Positions 30,121-43,740 of a DNA stretch of 64,000 nucleotides are shown in pieces. The stretch is from the NCBI RefSeq assembly GCF_009914755.1, contig NC_060927.1; one strand, given 5' to 3'. How positions within the stretch are numbered: the stretch's first letter is position 1; each line of letters opens with the position of its first letter. The stretch comes from the human T2T-CHM13v2.0 reference genome, Homo sapiens. The position numbers were made by a program, and so were the translations under genes. The notes below the pieces were generated by a model. The model did not search any database and was not told where the DNA came from. It saw only the letters and a program-made list of their open reading frames with translations.

Positions 30121-30962
30121 TCATGTTACCTCAAGTCTGATAAAGAAGTAGGTAAAGGAAACATGAAAGAAGATAAAATGTAAAGATAACTTTTTTGGTG
30201 ACTTACATGAAGATTTAACAAATGAAAGCAGCTCTTAAACTTCCATCACGAACTTGAGTTCATTGCTCTCTACAAGCATACTCAAGGGAGTTACATGAAT
30301 CCAGGAAATTGTGTATTTTTCTAGAGAAAGATTCTATAATTTTCATCAGACTCTGAAAGAAGCATATGACCCTCAGCATGTAAAAGCCATTGCATCGAAA
30401 GAAGGGATTCACTCTGAGCCTTATTATACTACTGGCCTCAGGGTCTGAGTGATAGGAGCACAACATTATCCTTGGGTGATATTACATAATTGCTTGTAAA
30501 CCAGGATCAAGGTAGATCTGCTCGCCCTTCAGGCAAAAGGAAAGCCCCCAAATCAATGCTCCTATTTGTAAGGCTTGGATCCTCCTTCCTCCAGCATCTT
30601 CTCACTTCCTTATTCCTCCCTGATCTGGGAGATTCTTTGGTAAAACAAGAAAAAAAGAGTGACTTTGTTAGCAGTCAAACAAACCAAAGTTATGCTATGA
30701 AATATGGTCAATATTTGTAGAAGTGCATTAGTGTTGTAGATGCTTCATGCCAAAGTATCGTAAAAGACCTAACTCTGCTGAGTGACAGACATTGAGAATC
30801 TATACCATCACCAGGAAGTGGTAGAGGACAGGATGAAGAGATAAGGGGCCCACAGATAGCTACCTATAATGGACACTGAAGTGACCAAATATGACCTAAA
30901 GGGAAAGGAAATCAATATTTGTCTCATCTTCTGGACTCTGTGCCTGCTTAGGAGTTAAGATG

Positions 30963-31358
30963 GCCACTACTGGCTCTGAATATGGAGGAAGAAGCCCAAG
31001 AGCTATTGGGTTGGGTGGCTTCTGGAAGCTGGGAACTGCTCTCAGCTGACAGGCAGCCAAAAAACGTGGGCCTCAATTCTATAACTACAGGGAAATGAAT
31101 TCTAATAACCTCAATGAGCAAGGAAACAATTTTCCTAGAAAGGAATGAAGCCCTGCGGACACCTTGAGACTGGACTTTTGATCTACAGTGCTATAAGGAG
31201 GAATCACACCTTACTTTTAGCATCTATAGTATCTCATATGATAAGTGATTCTATCATTCAATTATCACTTTAATAATATATAGAGAGCAATGGTCAGCTG
31301 ATAAAGAAGCATGACTCATTTGCTTCTTTCTAAAATGACGATACTCAGTATCCTTGAG
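30963..31358 (+). repeat. Copy B (derived) of ~397-bp local duplication
   Basis: About 13 substitutions and one 1-bp indel relative to 28120-28516. Confidence 0.97.
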
Positions 31359-33499
31359 TATCCTGACATGGACTTGCCCCTTGCAACACTGTGGGAGGAT
31401 AAAGAGTATTTAAGATTCCAGGAATCAATGAATGTTCATTCTAGAGAATAGCATCGCTGGTTCAAAGGGACACAGAGTTCAAAAACAGAAAGTTTCTCTC
31501 TGCCTTTGGAAACTCCCAATAAAACCAATTCTACACCTTGTTAAGGTACAACAAAAATGTTTTTTTTCTCTCTCTCTCTTGCTCATTTTAATTACTTCAA
31601 AAGGCCACCAACTTACAGAGAGCCCTTAAACTTGATCTATTAACTTTCTCTGGGAACATAACAGTTGGTAAGCAGAGCCTCTGACAGCCTGCTTTCCTCC
31701 CTGAGTACTGTGTGGCTGGTCAAAATGGGCCCTGGGGGCTGGGGATTCACACCAGCAAGAAAGAATGATAAGCTGCCCACAGCCACTCTGGAAAGACAAT
31801 AAGGAAAATGTCAGATGCTGAATTACATTTGTGTATCAATCATTTCATTAAAAGGCTGTATTATTTCTGATCTTTTGATGACTCTTTCTTTAGTGGTCAC
31901 TACTTTTTAACAACATTATATGCAATTTCTTTTACCACCATGCAGAGACATTTTGATTTTTAAGCCCCAGTCTACTCCCAGTTTCATATATATGGCTTCA
32001 TGATCTGACAAAAACAATTATAGTAGTTTTACTCTATTAACTCTAGAGCCAGCTTGCCTAGGTTAGAAGGTTTACAAAAATCAAAAGTTCTCTGGGAATG
32101 CATTTGTAAAATTTCTGGCTCATCTAAAATGGAGAATTACTCACCAGTTGCTAATTGGTTATCTTCAAGAGTCTAACTTAGATATTTAGTTTTGGAAATA
32201 AAATGAATCTTAGCGATGCTCTTGTCCATAAGGGTCAAATATGTTTCATTTTAAGGGCCAGCTGTCGTTGATTGGGCCTTGTTACCTGAAATTTTGTGTT
32301 GAGTAGGATACTGAGGCTCAGCCTAGGTTCCATAGCAAAATGAGCCATGGTGAATTTCTACTCTCTCTGCCATCAGTGCAGATGTCGAGTAGAACTACAC
32401 TCCTGCAGATAGTTGCCATTCTGGTTCTAGCCCAACCCACTCATTTACAGATGACAAAACTAACTCCCAGCAAGGTGAAATGACTTAATCGAGGTCACTC
32501 CAGGACTTAATAGGAGAATGGGAGATAAATCTTAAGTGTGGATTGAGTTCTTTACACCAACCAAGCACTTAGGATAGGATGAACCTAAGGGTATTTTTGA
32601 TTAACCAATTCCAATCTCCCATCTTTGCTAATTTCAGCTTGTCCAGCATTAGATATTTCTTATTTTGATGTATAACTTTTGTCAAAAGTATATATTTTGA
32701 GGGAAGGAACACTTCACACTTTCTTTATATTTTTATATTACTCTCTTAGATAATTTGCTATAACTGCATAAAAGAGATTGAAAGCAAAAGCTGGCAATCT
32801 ATCTCTAGCTATTAGGAGAAGGTCTGGAAGAGGGTAAGGAGGGTTTACCTTTGTGACTTAACAATTTTACCTCCAGTAGCATATAGAAGGGCAGTAGAGA
32901 AATGGACAGCTTTGGGAGGAGGAGGGTTGGGGGTTGCTATATTATTTGGTATCATTTTTAAAATCAGCCTATGTCTATATATTATTTGCTATGTTTCTTG
33001 TCCTCCCTTGACGCCCCTTGAACACCCTGGAATGCCTCAGCCTCCTGAATTAGAACTTCTGCCTGGAGAATTCTTTCTTTATGGCCCACTCCTTTACTTC
33101 TTTCATGTGTTCATGCTTGTATATCCCCTTATCAGAGCAATCCTCTCTCATGGCCTATTTGAAACAGCACATTTCATCCTGTCTCTCTGTATTCCCTGAC
33201 CCTGCCTTGTTTCTTCATAGCAGGTAGCACCTGACCATTACAAATCGTTTACGGCTATATTTATATAACATACCATCTGATACAGAGTGTACTATACCTT
33301 TGCAATAAATTATGTACTTGCTTTTCTCTTTCACTGCTAGATTATAAGTTGAGCATGTTCTTTGTTCATCTTTTGTTTCTTAGCCATAGAACAGTCTCTG
33401 CTGCATAGGAAAACAGCAATAAATATTTGTTGACTTTAGTAATTTGAAGTGATATTCACATTTGAATCAATCTAGCTTAACATTTCTGACACTATTGAG

Positions 33500-33722
33500 T
33501 AGGGCTTGGAAATTACAGACTGTGGACCACTTCCAGCCCAAAGCTTGTTTATGTAAATAAACTTTTATTGGAACACATTCATTCCCAGTTGCTTATGAAT
33601 TGTCCATAGCTGTTTTCATGTTACAATGGTAGAGCCAAGTAGTTGCAACAAAGACCATACAGCCTGTGAAACCTAAAACATTTCCCATCTGACCCTTTAT
33701 TAAAAAGGTTTGCTGACTTCTG
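33500..33722. mobile_element. hAT-Charlie MITE (MER58A-like)
   Basis: GTAAATAAACTTTTATTGGAACAC, GTAGTTGCAACAAAGACC, AAAGGTTTGCTGACTTCTG end; ~220 bp; CTCTAGAA 3' flank. Confidence 0.85.
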
Positions 33723-33894
33723 CTCTAGAACATTAACAGGGATGAAAGTTATCAATGGTGGACATAGCTCTCTTACTATAATTGTCCAAGATGATCTGCC
33801 AAAGAGGTGGGTGGACGGTACAATGAATTCCCGCTCAGAGTCAACTCCCCATTCCTTTACAGAGCCTCAGGATGCAAAGTTCTGAGCAAATTCT

Positions 33895-34340
33895 GCATTT
33901 ATTCCACAAATATTTTTTGAGTACCTACTATGTGCCAGCTGCATTCAAAGGCCCACTGATATATGATTGGACAAAAACAAAAGTTCTTTCCTCTCGAAAA
34001 TATACATTCTAGCAACAGAGACAATAACCAATGAAAATATGAAGTAATTTCCATAGAAGTGCTACAGAAGAAGAAAAAGGGAGGAAAATAAGGGGTATGT
34101 TCCAAGAATGTTGGGAGGAAAAAGGGGTATATAATATTGTATAGCACGTAGGACACATTGAAAGGATAACTTTAAGCAAATACTTGAAAGGATGATTAAG
34201 GGGCCTTGGCGATCACTTGGGAAGAATATTCAAGGCAAATGGAATAGCCAGTGCAAAGAGCCCAGAGCAGAAGTGTATAGTTAGCTGGTTTTGAGGAACA
34301 GCCAGGAAGGCCCTGTGAATGAAGAGGATGGAATTAATGG
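33895..34340 (-). mobile_element. L2 3' fragment
   Basis: CATTTATTCCACAAATATTTTTTGAGTACCTACTATGTGCCAG. Confidence 0.75.
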
Positions 34341-34649
34341 GTGGGGCATTCACACTGAGAGTGTTCTGTTTTAATCAGAAACTCTAATTGGGAGGGAAAT
34401 ACAATTTAACAGATATTAGAGAAACTCCCTTGGGGCATTTAATTTTGACAAATAAGATACTGTAGAATATTGTTAAATTGATTACATTTTATTGGCCCAA
34501 ATTAATTTGATTGCTCTTTTCACATTTTCAAATCCCAGTCCTTACCTCATTTATTTGAAATCTCAGAATTGGAAACACTTTTGATCATTTGACTTCCTAT
34601 GTCTCTGATCCTTAACTTTGCTCAAGAGGCTTTCTGCTGGAGAAGAAAA

Positions 34650-34875
34650 CCTCCGTCGTGAGGAGTAGAAATGGGCTCTGCAGTCAAACTTCGTGAGGCT
34701 AAATCCTGGTTCCCCCAAATCATTGAACCTTTCCGAGCCTCAGTTTCCTTATCAATGAAATGGACAGAATAACAGTGACCATCACAGGGTTTTTGGGAAC
34801 ACTGCATGACATAATGTGAGGTAGCACCGAGCACAATGTTTGTAAGCATTTCTTTACATGTTAGCTCCTATTATT
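34650..34875 (+). mobile_element. MIR SINE
   Basis: GAGCCTCAGTTTCCTTATCAATGAAATGG core. Confidence 0.7.
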
Positions 34876-34909
34876 CCATATTTTGCTTGTTTTCTACTTG
34901 AAAACAAGA

Positions 34910-36080
34910 ATTTTTTTCACATTCCCAGTGATGGGGATTTATTCTCTTCTGAGGCAGCTCCTTGCTTCTTTGGGCAGGTCTGGCTGTTAAGTATTGAGCC
35001 CAAATCCCCCTCCCTGTAATTTGCATTTACTGGCACTGGTTTTACACCTTAAGTCAAATAGATTTCATCCATCTCCCACCTGAAAGCCCTTCAATGATTA
35101 GAGGTAATCACTATATCCCTGTCTAGTCTGTCTGTTTCCTCAGCCATGCCTCATTTCACTCTATTTTCCTTTCTCTCACCACACTAGGTTTCTCCTTTGA
35201 CCTTGCTCCATATCACCTTACGTCTATCTTAAATTATGTTTACGCTTCTTCCCAACATCACTCTCCTTGTCCACCTTCCAGTTTAATTAATTACATTGTT
35301 TTTTCTACATGTCCAAGTTTATAAGATGTGCATTCCATCCAGCAATGGTAATTTCTACAGTTGGTTAGCCTTAATGCTTTTTTCCTTTTTTTTTTTTCCC
35401 ACTATACCTGCACTCTGGTTTGACCATTGTGAGGGTTGTGGATGGGATTCAGGATTCCCCTCTTTTGATCTTCACAAGTTAATAGCTCAGTTTTTGTCCA
35501 TACTCTTAACTCACATTGAATTGAAGGTTAACATTTTTTCCAACAATTTGCTTCACACATAAAGCTACTAAGTTACATGTGCCAGATTTTGCCTTTGTAT
35601 GAGCTTGTCTTGTGATTTCAATACTAGACCTTCTTATTGTCTCCTCTGCTAAAATTTACCACATCAGCTTTATCTTTCTTCAACTCATGATCTTTCATTA
35701 TTGCTGCTACCTTAGATCCACGTGACAATTTCAATGGCACAGTTTCTAGGTCCTTAATCAAGTTATTGATTTAAAATACTGAGCATCTCATGACTAAAGA
35801 CAAAGCCTTGTGTTGCACCCTTAGACAGCTCCCCAAGATTTAATAAGATCCCATTGGTAAGATAACGGAACCAATTTTATCTCACACAGGTTACATAGTA
35901 TCTTTATTTGTCCTTCTGATCAGGAGTGTATTTTTAGGAATCTTTTCCAATTCTTCACTCTACTCCAGATGCGCACTATCTGTAGCATTTTATGATTTAT
36001 TAGCCAGATATTAACCTGGTCTGAAAGGAAAATAACATTGTACTGATCAGGCTTGTTGTTTACCTAGCAATCATTTAGAA
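34910..36080 (-). mobile_element. L3/CR1 LINE fragment
   Basis: TCAAGTTATTGATTTAAAATACTGAGC...AAAGCCTTGTG resembles the antisense CR1 RT region; very diverged. Confidence 0.55.
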
Positions 36081-36129
36081 ACTCAGGTGATGTCTGTCCC
36101 TTGCTTATAACCAGTCATTGCTTTCTCTG

Positions 36130-36530
36130 GCTGAGACAGTAATGCCCATCAAACATTTCATTTCTTCCCCTGCATTTTGGGGACCTCTTGCAGTTAGACA
36201 GGGCCATGTACCTAAATCTGGCAAAGAATATGCATGGAAGTGGCATGTGTCACTCTCTGGCTGAAATGGTGAAAATCTCATATATAATCCTGCACTCTCC
36301 CTTTTCCCCTGCCTTGGTGGCTAAGGATAATTAGTGGTCCAGATAAGGTGTAGCTGCAAAATGACAGAGCCTTCACTGCCTGGGTCTTTGAAAAACTGTG
36401 TAGTTGATACTCCCTGCATATGGATCATGCATACAGTGTGAGTAATGAATGCAATATTTTCTTCTGTCTAATTACAAAGATTTAAGAGATGGTAGTTGGC
36501 TACTGCAGCATAACCTCACCTATTCTGACT
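36130..36530 (+). mobile_element. MaLR LTR (MLT1J-like)
   Basis: CTTGCAGTTAGACAGGGCCATGT...GGAAGTGGCATGTGTCAC...CAGCATAACCT. Confidence 0.65.
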
Positions 36531-38203
36531 CTTTCTTTTCTTTTGCTCTGAGATTAAAGCCCAAACTCCATGATGCAATAGGATCTGTGGGATTTAATGT
36601 CTCTCTCTCCAGCCCTCTTTTGTGCCATTTCTAACTCATTTCCCCTTCTCTAGCTATTCCGACCTTGTCATTGTTCCACATTCTTTCTAGATGAGTGAGC
36701 CCCCATTATACATTTTCACAGCATCCTGTACCTCTCCTTCAAAGCACTTTGCACCCATGCAATGATAACATGTGCAACATTTTAATGTAATATCTATTTT
36801 CTTCACTAGAATATAAGCTCCTGGAAGTAGGGACTTTATTTAATTCACAACTATAACCTCAGCATCTCATATAGTGACTGCCACAAAGCCCTCCAATTTC
36901 TGACCATGGCTGGGTATTCCCGTGACATGAAGAAGAAATGAAAAAAAAAAAAAAAAAAGACCCAACAGATTTTACACTTATGCTTGAATTCCTCTAGTCC
37001 AGTTATCTGATTTCTTTTGATCGCAGAAGGCCAAGCCACATAATATTATGCTTGAAATAGAATTACCTGCTCTTTATAGATGTCGCTTATCAGCTCTCCA
37101 CATGGTGTGTCAAACAGAAGCAGAAAATGGGTGAAAAGGGCAAAGATAATGAAACTTAGCACCCAGCTGAGCAACACAGTCATGAGAAGAGTGACAATTC
37201 CAGGTGAGCTGTGGAGTCATGTGGCTACTGGGGATGGGATGACTCTAGGCTGAGCTGCTGAGAGGAGAAGATGATATTTAAAAACAATTGCACAGCCCAT
37301 GGACAGTTACAGCCTTTCCTGTGGCCAGGGACAAATTACATATCACAAATTAGCCTTCCATCCACATCCATAAGGAGGCCCATGCTTGGTGCAAGCATAT
37401 ATATCATTTTTCAAAAATAATAGCTGCTCTGACAGCACCTAGTTTGGTGCTGGGGGAATAAAGCTTGTAAGGAATCTTGACTGAATTATTGATTCTGCTC
37501 TTTAGAGTCAATAAAACTAGTTTTCTGAATCTTTTGGTGTAGCTATTATCCTAATTTGAAATCTCTCACTCAAATCTAACTTAAGCATCTTCGGAATGGA
37601 CAAGTTTCAAGGCTAAAGGTGGCTTTTGTAGATGAAATTAAAACTCAGTGCCTGCCTGAACTTCCACAGCTACCTCCGTCAGGAACGGGGACCCTATTTG
37701 CTTGTATTATCAGTGCCACACACTGGAAGGCACATGATATTGGATGTAATGCAGTTTTATGTATGTTTTCAGCATCTGAATACCATCACTTTTTAAAATA
37801 CTTCTTAAGCATTTTTAAGAACTGGGCAATATTCTAAACGCTAACTTTCCAAAATGGAAAAAAAAAAAGAGGCTAATTGGTGTCTATGCAACATTATAAC
37901 CAAAATGTTCTAGAATAAAATCTATTAATTGCTGCTCTTCTTTCTTGACATTCTCTAGTCAAGACTATCAGTGTTTCAAAGACATGGGAAGAGGCAGCAG
38001 CTGAGGACTTGCAGGTGGGTAGGAGGAAGTGAGAAGTCAGACCTAAGGGTCAGGTGGCCCCATCTTCACTCTAACCATAGTCTCCTTTATCTAATTTTAT
38101 TGGAGGCAAGGGCTTCTACTATTATTCATTTCACTCATTTATTCCTCAGCATTTACCAAGTATTTACTATGTGCACAGCATTTATTGCAAAAAAAAAAAA
38201 AGT

Positions 38204-38997
38204 TGTGGATGGGTAAACTCTGATATGGACTGCATATTCATCTTCTCCAAATCTCATGTGGAAAAATAATCCCTAATATGGCAGTATTGAGAGGTGGGCC
38301 TTTAAGAGTGGATTGGAGCATGAGGGATCTGCTCTTATGAATGGATTAATCCATTAATGAATTAATGGATTAATGAGTTAACAGAGTAATAGGTTATCAT
38401 GGGAGATGAACTGGTGGCTTTATAAGAAGAGAAAGAGGGCTCTGTGGTCCGGAGCAAGCATGTTAGCATACTCAGCCTCCTCATCATGTGAGGATACCCT
38501 GTACCACATTGGGACTCTGCAAAGTCCCCACCAGGAAGAAGGCCCTCACTAGATGCCAGTCTATGCCCTTAGACTCTTCAGCCTCCATAAGTGTAAGAAA
38601 TAAATGTATTTTCTTTATAAATTACTCCATTTCAGGTGTTCTGTTATAAGAAAATGGACTACGACAAAACCCTGATGACCTTTGTGGCTGTATAATTGCC
38701 TCCCTGTTGAGTGGGTTGGAACCTGTGAATCTGATAAGATTCTAATCTGATGAGACATCACTCCAAGAACCAAATTCTACCATAACTTGAATGAACTTGG
38801 ATGCAGATCTTTCCCCAGAGCTTCCAGATAAGAGCATGACCTAGACACCACTTGGATTTTGGTCTTATGAGAGCCTAAGCAGAGATTCCAGTCTAGCTTA
38901 CCAGGGTTGCTGACCTACAGAACTGTGAAATCATAACTGGGTGTTGTTTTAAACTGACAAGTTGTAATTTGTTATGCAGCAATAGCAAACTAACACA
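38204..38997 (+). mobile_element. MLT1E-like LTR (internally deleted) interrupted by an MST LTR
   Basis: CTGACCTACAGAACTGTG...TTTGTTATGCAGCAATAGCAAACTAACACA 3' end. Confidence 0.65.
38221..38666 (+). mobile_element. MaLR solo LTR (MSTB2/MSTC-like)
   Basis: TGATATGG start, ATGGATTAAT repeats, AAATGGACTACGACA end. Confidence 0.8.
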
Positions 38998-40254
38998 GAA
39001 ATAAAGTAAAATTAGAACATTGATATGGATTTCAGAAGCTCACCCTCCAATGGGGTAAACAGATTTTGTATAGCCTATATGATGGCACTCCTCCCCATAT
39101 AAAGCAAAGTACGTTTGTATTTTTTGAAGTGTCAAGTCTGTGTTGCATTCACTTCATTCATGTTTGGTAGGTTCTAGCCATGTGCCCTACACAGGGTGGG
39201 CTGTAGGATCGAGAAACAGATTTGGTTTCTGCCCTCAGGAGGGCTCTGGTAGGAGAACATGACAACCTCCACAGGATAGGTGCATAGCTCTGCGTCATGA
39301 GGAACCACAGGTGACGCTGGAATAGGGAGGACTGGCTTCTACAGGCTGTAGGCAAGAAAAGCTTCTTGAAGGAAATAACAACAGAAATTAATCCTGAATT
39401 TCAAAAGCATATTAGGTCAACATGTTTTACGATATTTTCAGACAATTTCATCCAATGATTGTTCTTAAAATTTTGTATTGTTCAATGGACACAGTGATGC
39501 ATTTAACTGCCTTTTTTGAAATTGTGGGGACACTTATGCCAAAAAAAGGTCCATATTACCCATGATTGCCCCTGCAGTCATTTAACTTGATTCCTTAGAA
39601 GGCAAAATTTCAGCAGTTGAGCAGCTTGACAAGTTTCACATTGATAAAAATTAAGATGCATTTCCCTACTTTCCTCTTAAATACATTTGCACTGGGTTTG
39701 AGGAAATAGGCCTTTGAAGAGAGAGGAAGTGATTACATTTTCAAAAGTGTAACTTTAAAGTGAGGTGGATAATGAGGATCACAGAGAAACTCAGCATTAC
39801 AATCCTTCTCAATCATTCTTAGGAGGGTCAAGAGAAACAGCGGAGTATCTGTGTATGTATAAATGGAGGGACAATTCAAATTCTCATTTGTAACCTTTGT
39901 ACTTTGGAAGAAAGTGAAACAATTGCATTTGCTCACTAATTTTCCGTATTTTAAAATCTCTTCCATATTTCTCTTTCTTGTGAATTACATATTGCCTTTC
40001 AATTTTATGAGATTTTCAGAATTACAGCACAAGGTCAAGCTTATGAAAGAGAATTATTATACAAGGTCACTTATGTGCAAAATAGAGGTATATACACACA
40101 TACATGCACATACATTTCCTCATTTATATCAATTGATTTATGTCAGTGCTAATTTAGAATTAAATAAACTGGAATTTTGACAGATTACATCTTTCCAGAT
40201 TTCTTATGTCTAAGACCCAAGAATAATGACTATGGATCTTTATCCTACATTAAA

Positions 40255-40289
40255 ACACACACACACACACACACACTCACACACACACA
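40255..40289. repeat. (CA)n microsatellite
   Basis: Direct observation; one CT interruption. Confidence 0.95.
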
Positions 40290-40713
40290 GTCCATTGGTT
40301 CATGATTAATAGCTCTCGCATAATAATAAGCAGTATAAAGTGTAAATTGATATTAAAAGGGCAAGAATTTTAAAAAAAGCCATAAAATGTAATTATAACA
40401 ATAGAAAGGACCAAAAGCACACCTCCTGGCAGGCAAAGAGAAAGGAGAAGAGAATTGCTTTTTATATGTGGGACTTTTTGATAAATACAGCAAGGAAAGC
40501 TTTACTGAAGAGATGGAATAACTTCAGTAGAACTACGAAGGAAGGGTGGAAATTAAAATGATCATGCTACTTGTATGTTACTTAGCTACTCTTCATAAGC
40601 CAGTTCAAGTAGCTGGGAAACACAGAGCAGTCAAACGGCTCACTTAACACACACATATCCAATAAAGTCAAACAACCCCAATCTGTATTCCTATTTGAAA
40701 TTCTCATCATTAG

Positions 40714-41186
40714 TGTTAAATGCAGTAAGACATTCTTCTTTAAGTTTCCTTGTCCTTTGTTCTCTGCTTTCAAGGCCAGACTCCCTTACTCTCTGTATGC
40801 CCTTGCCCTGAGAAACAACCTTCCTCCCAGTCTTTATCTATAGAGTCCACATTCCACATCTGCTACTCACTCTGTAAATCACCAACCCCGCCACCCACTG
40901 CCAGCCAAAACCGTTTTCTCGCCAGTGTAACTGCATCCCTGCACTTTTCAAATTAGCTAACCAGGTTCAGCTTAGATTGTGTGGTCCAACTCTAGCCAAC
41001 GGAGACTGGACACAGCAGTAGGAGCCAATGCGTTAGGATAAAGCCGCTGCTTTCCTTTGTTCAGTGTGCTCTCATGGTGACCAAACTAATGAGCAGCATG
41101 CTTCTGCAAAAGTAAACTTTGCCTTGCTGAAAAATCAACTATCGTAGTGTTCATTTCATTTGTGAACTCGAGCTTTATTTCTAACA
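40714..41186 (+). mobile_element. ERV1 solo LTR (MER83/MER84-like)
   Basis: TGTTA...TAACA inverted termini, CCAAT box, AGTAAA poly(A)-like signal; near-TSD ATTAG/ATTCG. Confidence 0.65.
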
Positions 41187-41569
41187 ATTCGCATTGCTCT
41201 TCAGGTGGACGTTTTGATGTCATTTACTTTTTAATCTGGTTAAGGATTAAGGTGTTAATTTTCTTGACAACCACCCAATTTAACTAGACAATAGAATAGC
41301 AAAGGCAAGTTTACTGAAATGGCTTCAGCACTTTCAGATATCTAGCAGACGACAGGTATCCAAGGAAATGAGATGTGGAATATGGCAGTATTGTTGGGTT
41401 AGAACAAAAGAATGGATTGAGTTAGCTCAAATGTATGATACCTGGCAGTGGATAAACAGGCACAAACAGAGAGGAATCTGAAGGCCCTGAGGTGCTGAAA
41501 GCCAGAGAGAGGATCAGGGGTGAGGAAGAGCAGCAGCAGTAATGGCACTATTTGCCACACATTTTTCTT

Positions 41570-41990
41570 GATATACCAACTCACTGAGTCTCTCAAACAA
41601 ACCTATGCTGTAGGAGATCTTATCCCATTTTACCTATGAGGGCACTGAAGGTTGCCCAAAGTCATCTCCAAAAAGCGGCACCACTGGGATTCCACTCCAA
41701 GAGTCTGGTTCCACATTTCACGCCCTGATCCACTGCTTCTCAGGGAAGAAATTGCTTAGGCAGTGACTGAGAATACTTAGATGTTCCTGGGTTCAAATCC
41801 CAGATTTGCCACTAATTAATTACGTGACTTTAGTCACTTATTGACCTTGCTCAACCTCAATTTTCTCATCTATAAATTGGGAATAATAACACAGCTTACA
41901 GCATAGTTAGAAAGATAAAGTAAGATCTTCCATGTAAAATGCTATTTGGAACAGACTCCTAAATAGGACATGCTCAGTAAATCCCTGATG
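41570..41990. mobile_element. Two adjacent MIRs in opposite orientation
   Basis: CCCATTTTACCTATGAGGGCACTGA (-) and CCTCAATTTTCTCATCTATAAATTGGG (+). Confidence 0.6.
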
Positions 41991-42020
41991 ATATGAACAA
42001 TATGAAGAGCAAAGAGGTCA

Positions 42021-42620
42021 TGTGTCAGTCATGATGTGGTCCAGGAAACACAACTGCTGGGAGAGCTATGGAATAAGGGATTTATTACGGAGTTAGCTCT
42101 TGTAGAATCATGGGCACTAATGGGGATATCCATGCAGGCTGCTGTCTCTGTGTGTAGTGTTGAGCACAGCATCCCTAGAGGGAAGGTGGACTGGTACTCA
42201 GGAAGGAGAGCTGGCTGTGGATGAGCAAGAAGATGATGCTGAATCCAGGCAGACAAGTAGAACTCATGATCACCTCTTAGTGCCTCCAACCTCCTTTCAG
42301 TGGTTGGCCTGCAGAGGAAGCTGGCTGCCTCCACGTGTGGCTGCATCCACACTTGGTCTAGGACTCAGAGAATCGGCAGGAGGAGCTCTGGTGTGGGTGC
42401 TGCCTCGGGCCAACAGTGGACCCGGTAACAATGCACACCACCTCCACCACATCTGGTACGCAGCTCCAACTTTCAAAGTGTAAAGACGTAGCTGCTCCTT
42501 CACTTCTGTGTTCTGAATATTGGGTAAGATTTCTTTTGCAGCTAACACTGAGGTTCACAATATAGGAAAGGAAATTCTAGGAAATTCATTCTAGATTAGC
42601 TTACTTGATACAGTACAAAG
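42021..42620 (-). mobile_element. ERVL LTR (LTR41/LTR52-like)
   Basis: TGTGTCAGTC start, GGAATAAGGGATTTATTA, AAGGAAATTCTAGGAAAT...TTGATACAGTACAAA end. Confidence 0.6.
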
Positions 42621-42695
42621 CCAATGCAATCAGAGATACACACCTTATGTGCTCAGTATTGGCTAGTTCCTTTATAGTTTGAAATAATGATTCTA

Positions 42696-43001
42696 GGCCA
42701 GTTGTGGTGGCTCATGCCTGTAATCCCAAAATTTTGGCAGGCTGAGGCAGGTGGAATGCTTGAGCCCAGGAGTTCAAGACCAGCCTGGGCAATATGGAAA
42801 ACCCCAGTTTCTATAAAAATAAAAATAAAATAAAACAGCCTGACATGGTGGTGCACTCCTGTAGCTCCAGATATTCAGGAGGCTGAGGCAAGAGGATCAC
42901 TTGAGACCTGGAAGTCAAGGCTGAGGTGAGCCATGATCATGCCACTACACACTACACTCCAGCCTGGGTGATGGAGCAAGATCCTGTCCCAAAATAATAA
43001 T
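42696..43001 (+). mobile_element. AluJ
   Basis: GCTTGAGCCCAGGAGTTC and GAGGATCACTTGAG J diagnostics; decayed TSD AATAATGATTCTA / AATAACAATGCTA. Confidence 0.92.
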
Positions 43002-43534
43002 AATAACAATGCTAACTCTAAAAAACAGTTTGACTTTCACTTGGAGCCACTTTCTGAAGAACAACAATAAATTTGGACCTGTTCATCTCCTCATCTGGAC
43101 TTCCCATAGTCTAAGACCATGACAAGCACCATATTTCTTAACAGCTTCTGGGCACTAACTCTTACCCCTCTGCCACATTCTGCAGTGCTGAGCATATTCT
43201 GTTTCTAACACACCAGGTTTATTGACTACTTCTCTGTTTGAAAGCTCTGTTGACTCCTATTACAAGATGATCACATCCAAACTCCTTGGGTTGTCTTTCC
43301 TGTCTAGGCCTAAGTTGTTTATCCAGCTTTATATTTTCCTAGCTTTTTGCCCCCTCATTATTCTGTTTATACTTTCAATGTAGCTCCTACCAGATTATGT
43401 CATAATTGCCACCAGGCAGGTTTATCTCTCCCCTTGGGCAATGAACTACTTGTGGGTAAGATCTGGCTCTACCCACAATGGTGGAATAGTGGAAGGTATG
43501 AAAGATAAAAATAACGAAAATTGCATGTGTCTAT

Positions 43535-43740
43535 TTTTCATTCATTTATTCATTCAGTTGTTGTACACATTTATATATATGACCTTCTATGTGCCAAGTA
43601 CTGTATCCAATGTATGTAAAAGGAAACAAAACAACCATGACCACAGCCCTTGTGGAGCTAACATTCTAGTCAGGGTATCAGATATTAAATAAAAGGACAT
43701 GTGAATAAATGCAGAATCAGTTATTGTGAAAATGGCTGGA
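43535..43740 (-). mobile_element. L2 3' fragment
   Basis: TTCATTCATTTATTCATTCA tail, CTATGTGCCAAG, GGAGCTAACATTCTAGT. Confidence 0.7.

Noticed and set aside
32912-33199. 95-aa hydrophobic ORF resembling a membrane microprotein
   Set aside because: Non-ATG (TTG) start and overlaps pyrimidine-rich L2-like sequence; hydrophobicity is compositional.
38335-38400. ATGGATTAAT repeats and palindromes
   Set aside because: Normal feature of this MST LTR subfamily as I recall it.
42029-42558. Cluster of overlapping ORFs on both strands
   Set aside because: Lies within a GC-richer LTR; no recognisable protein family.
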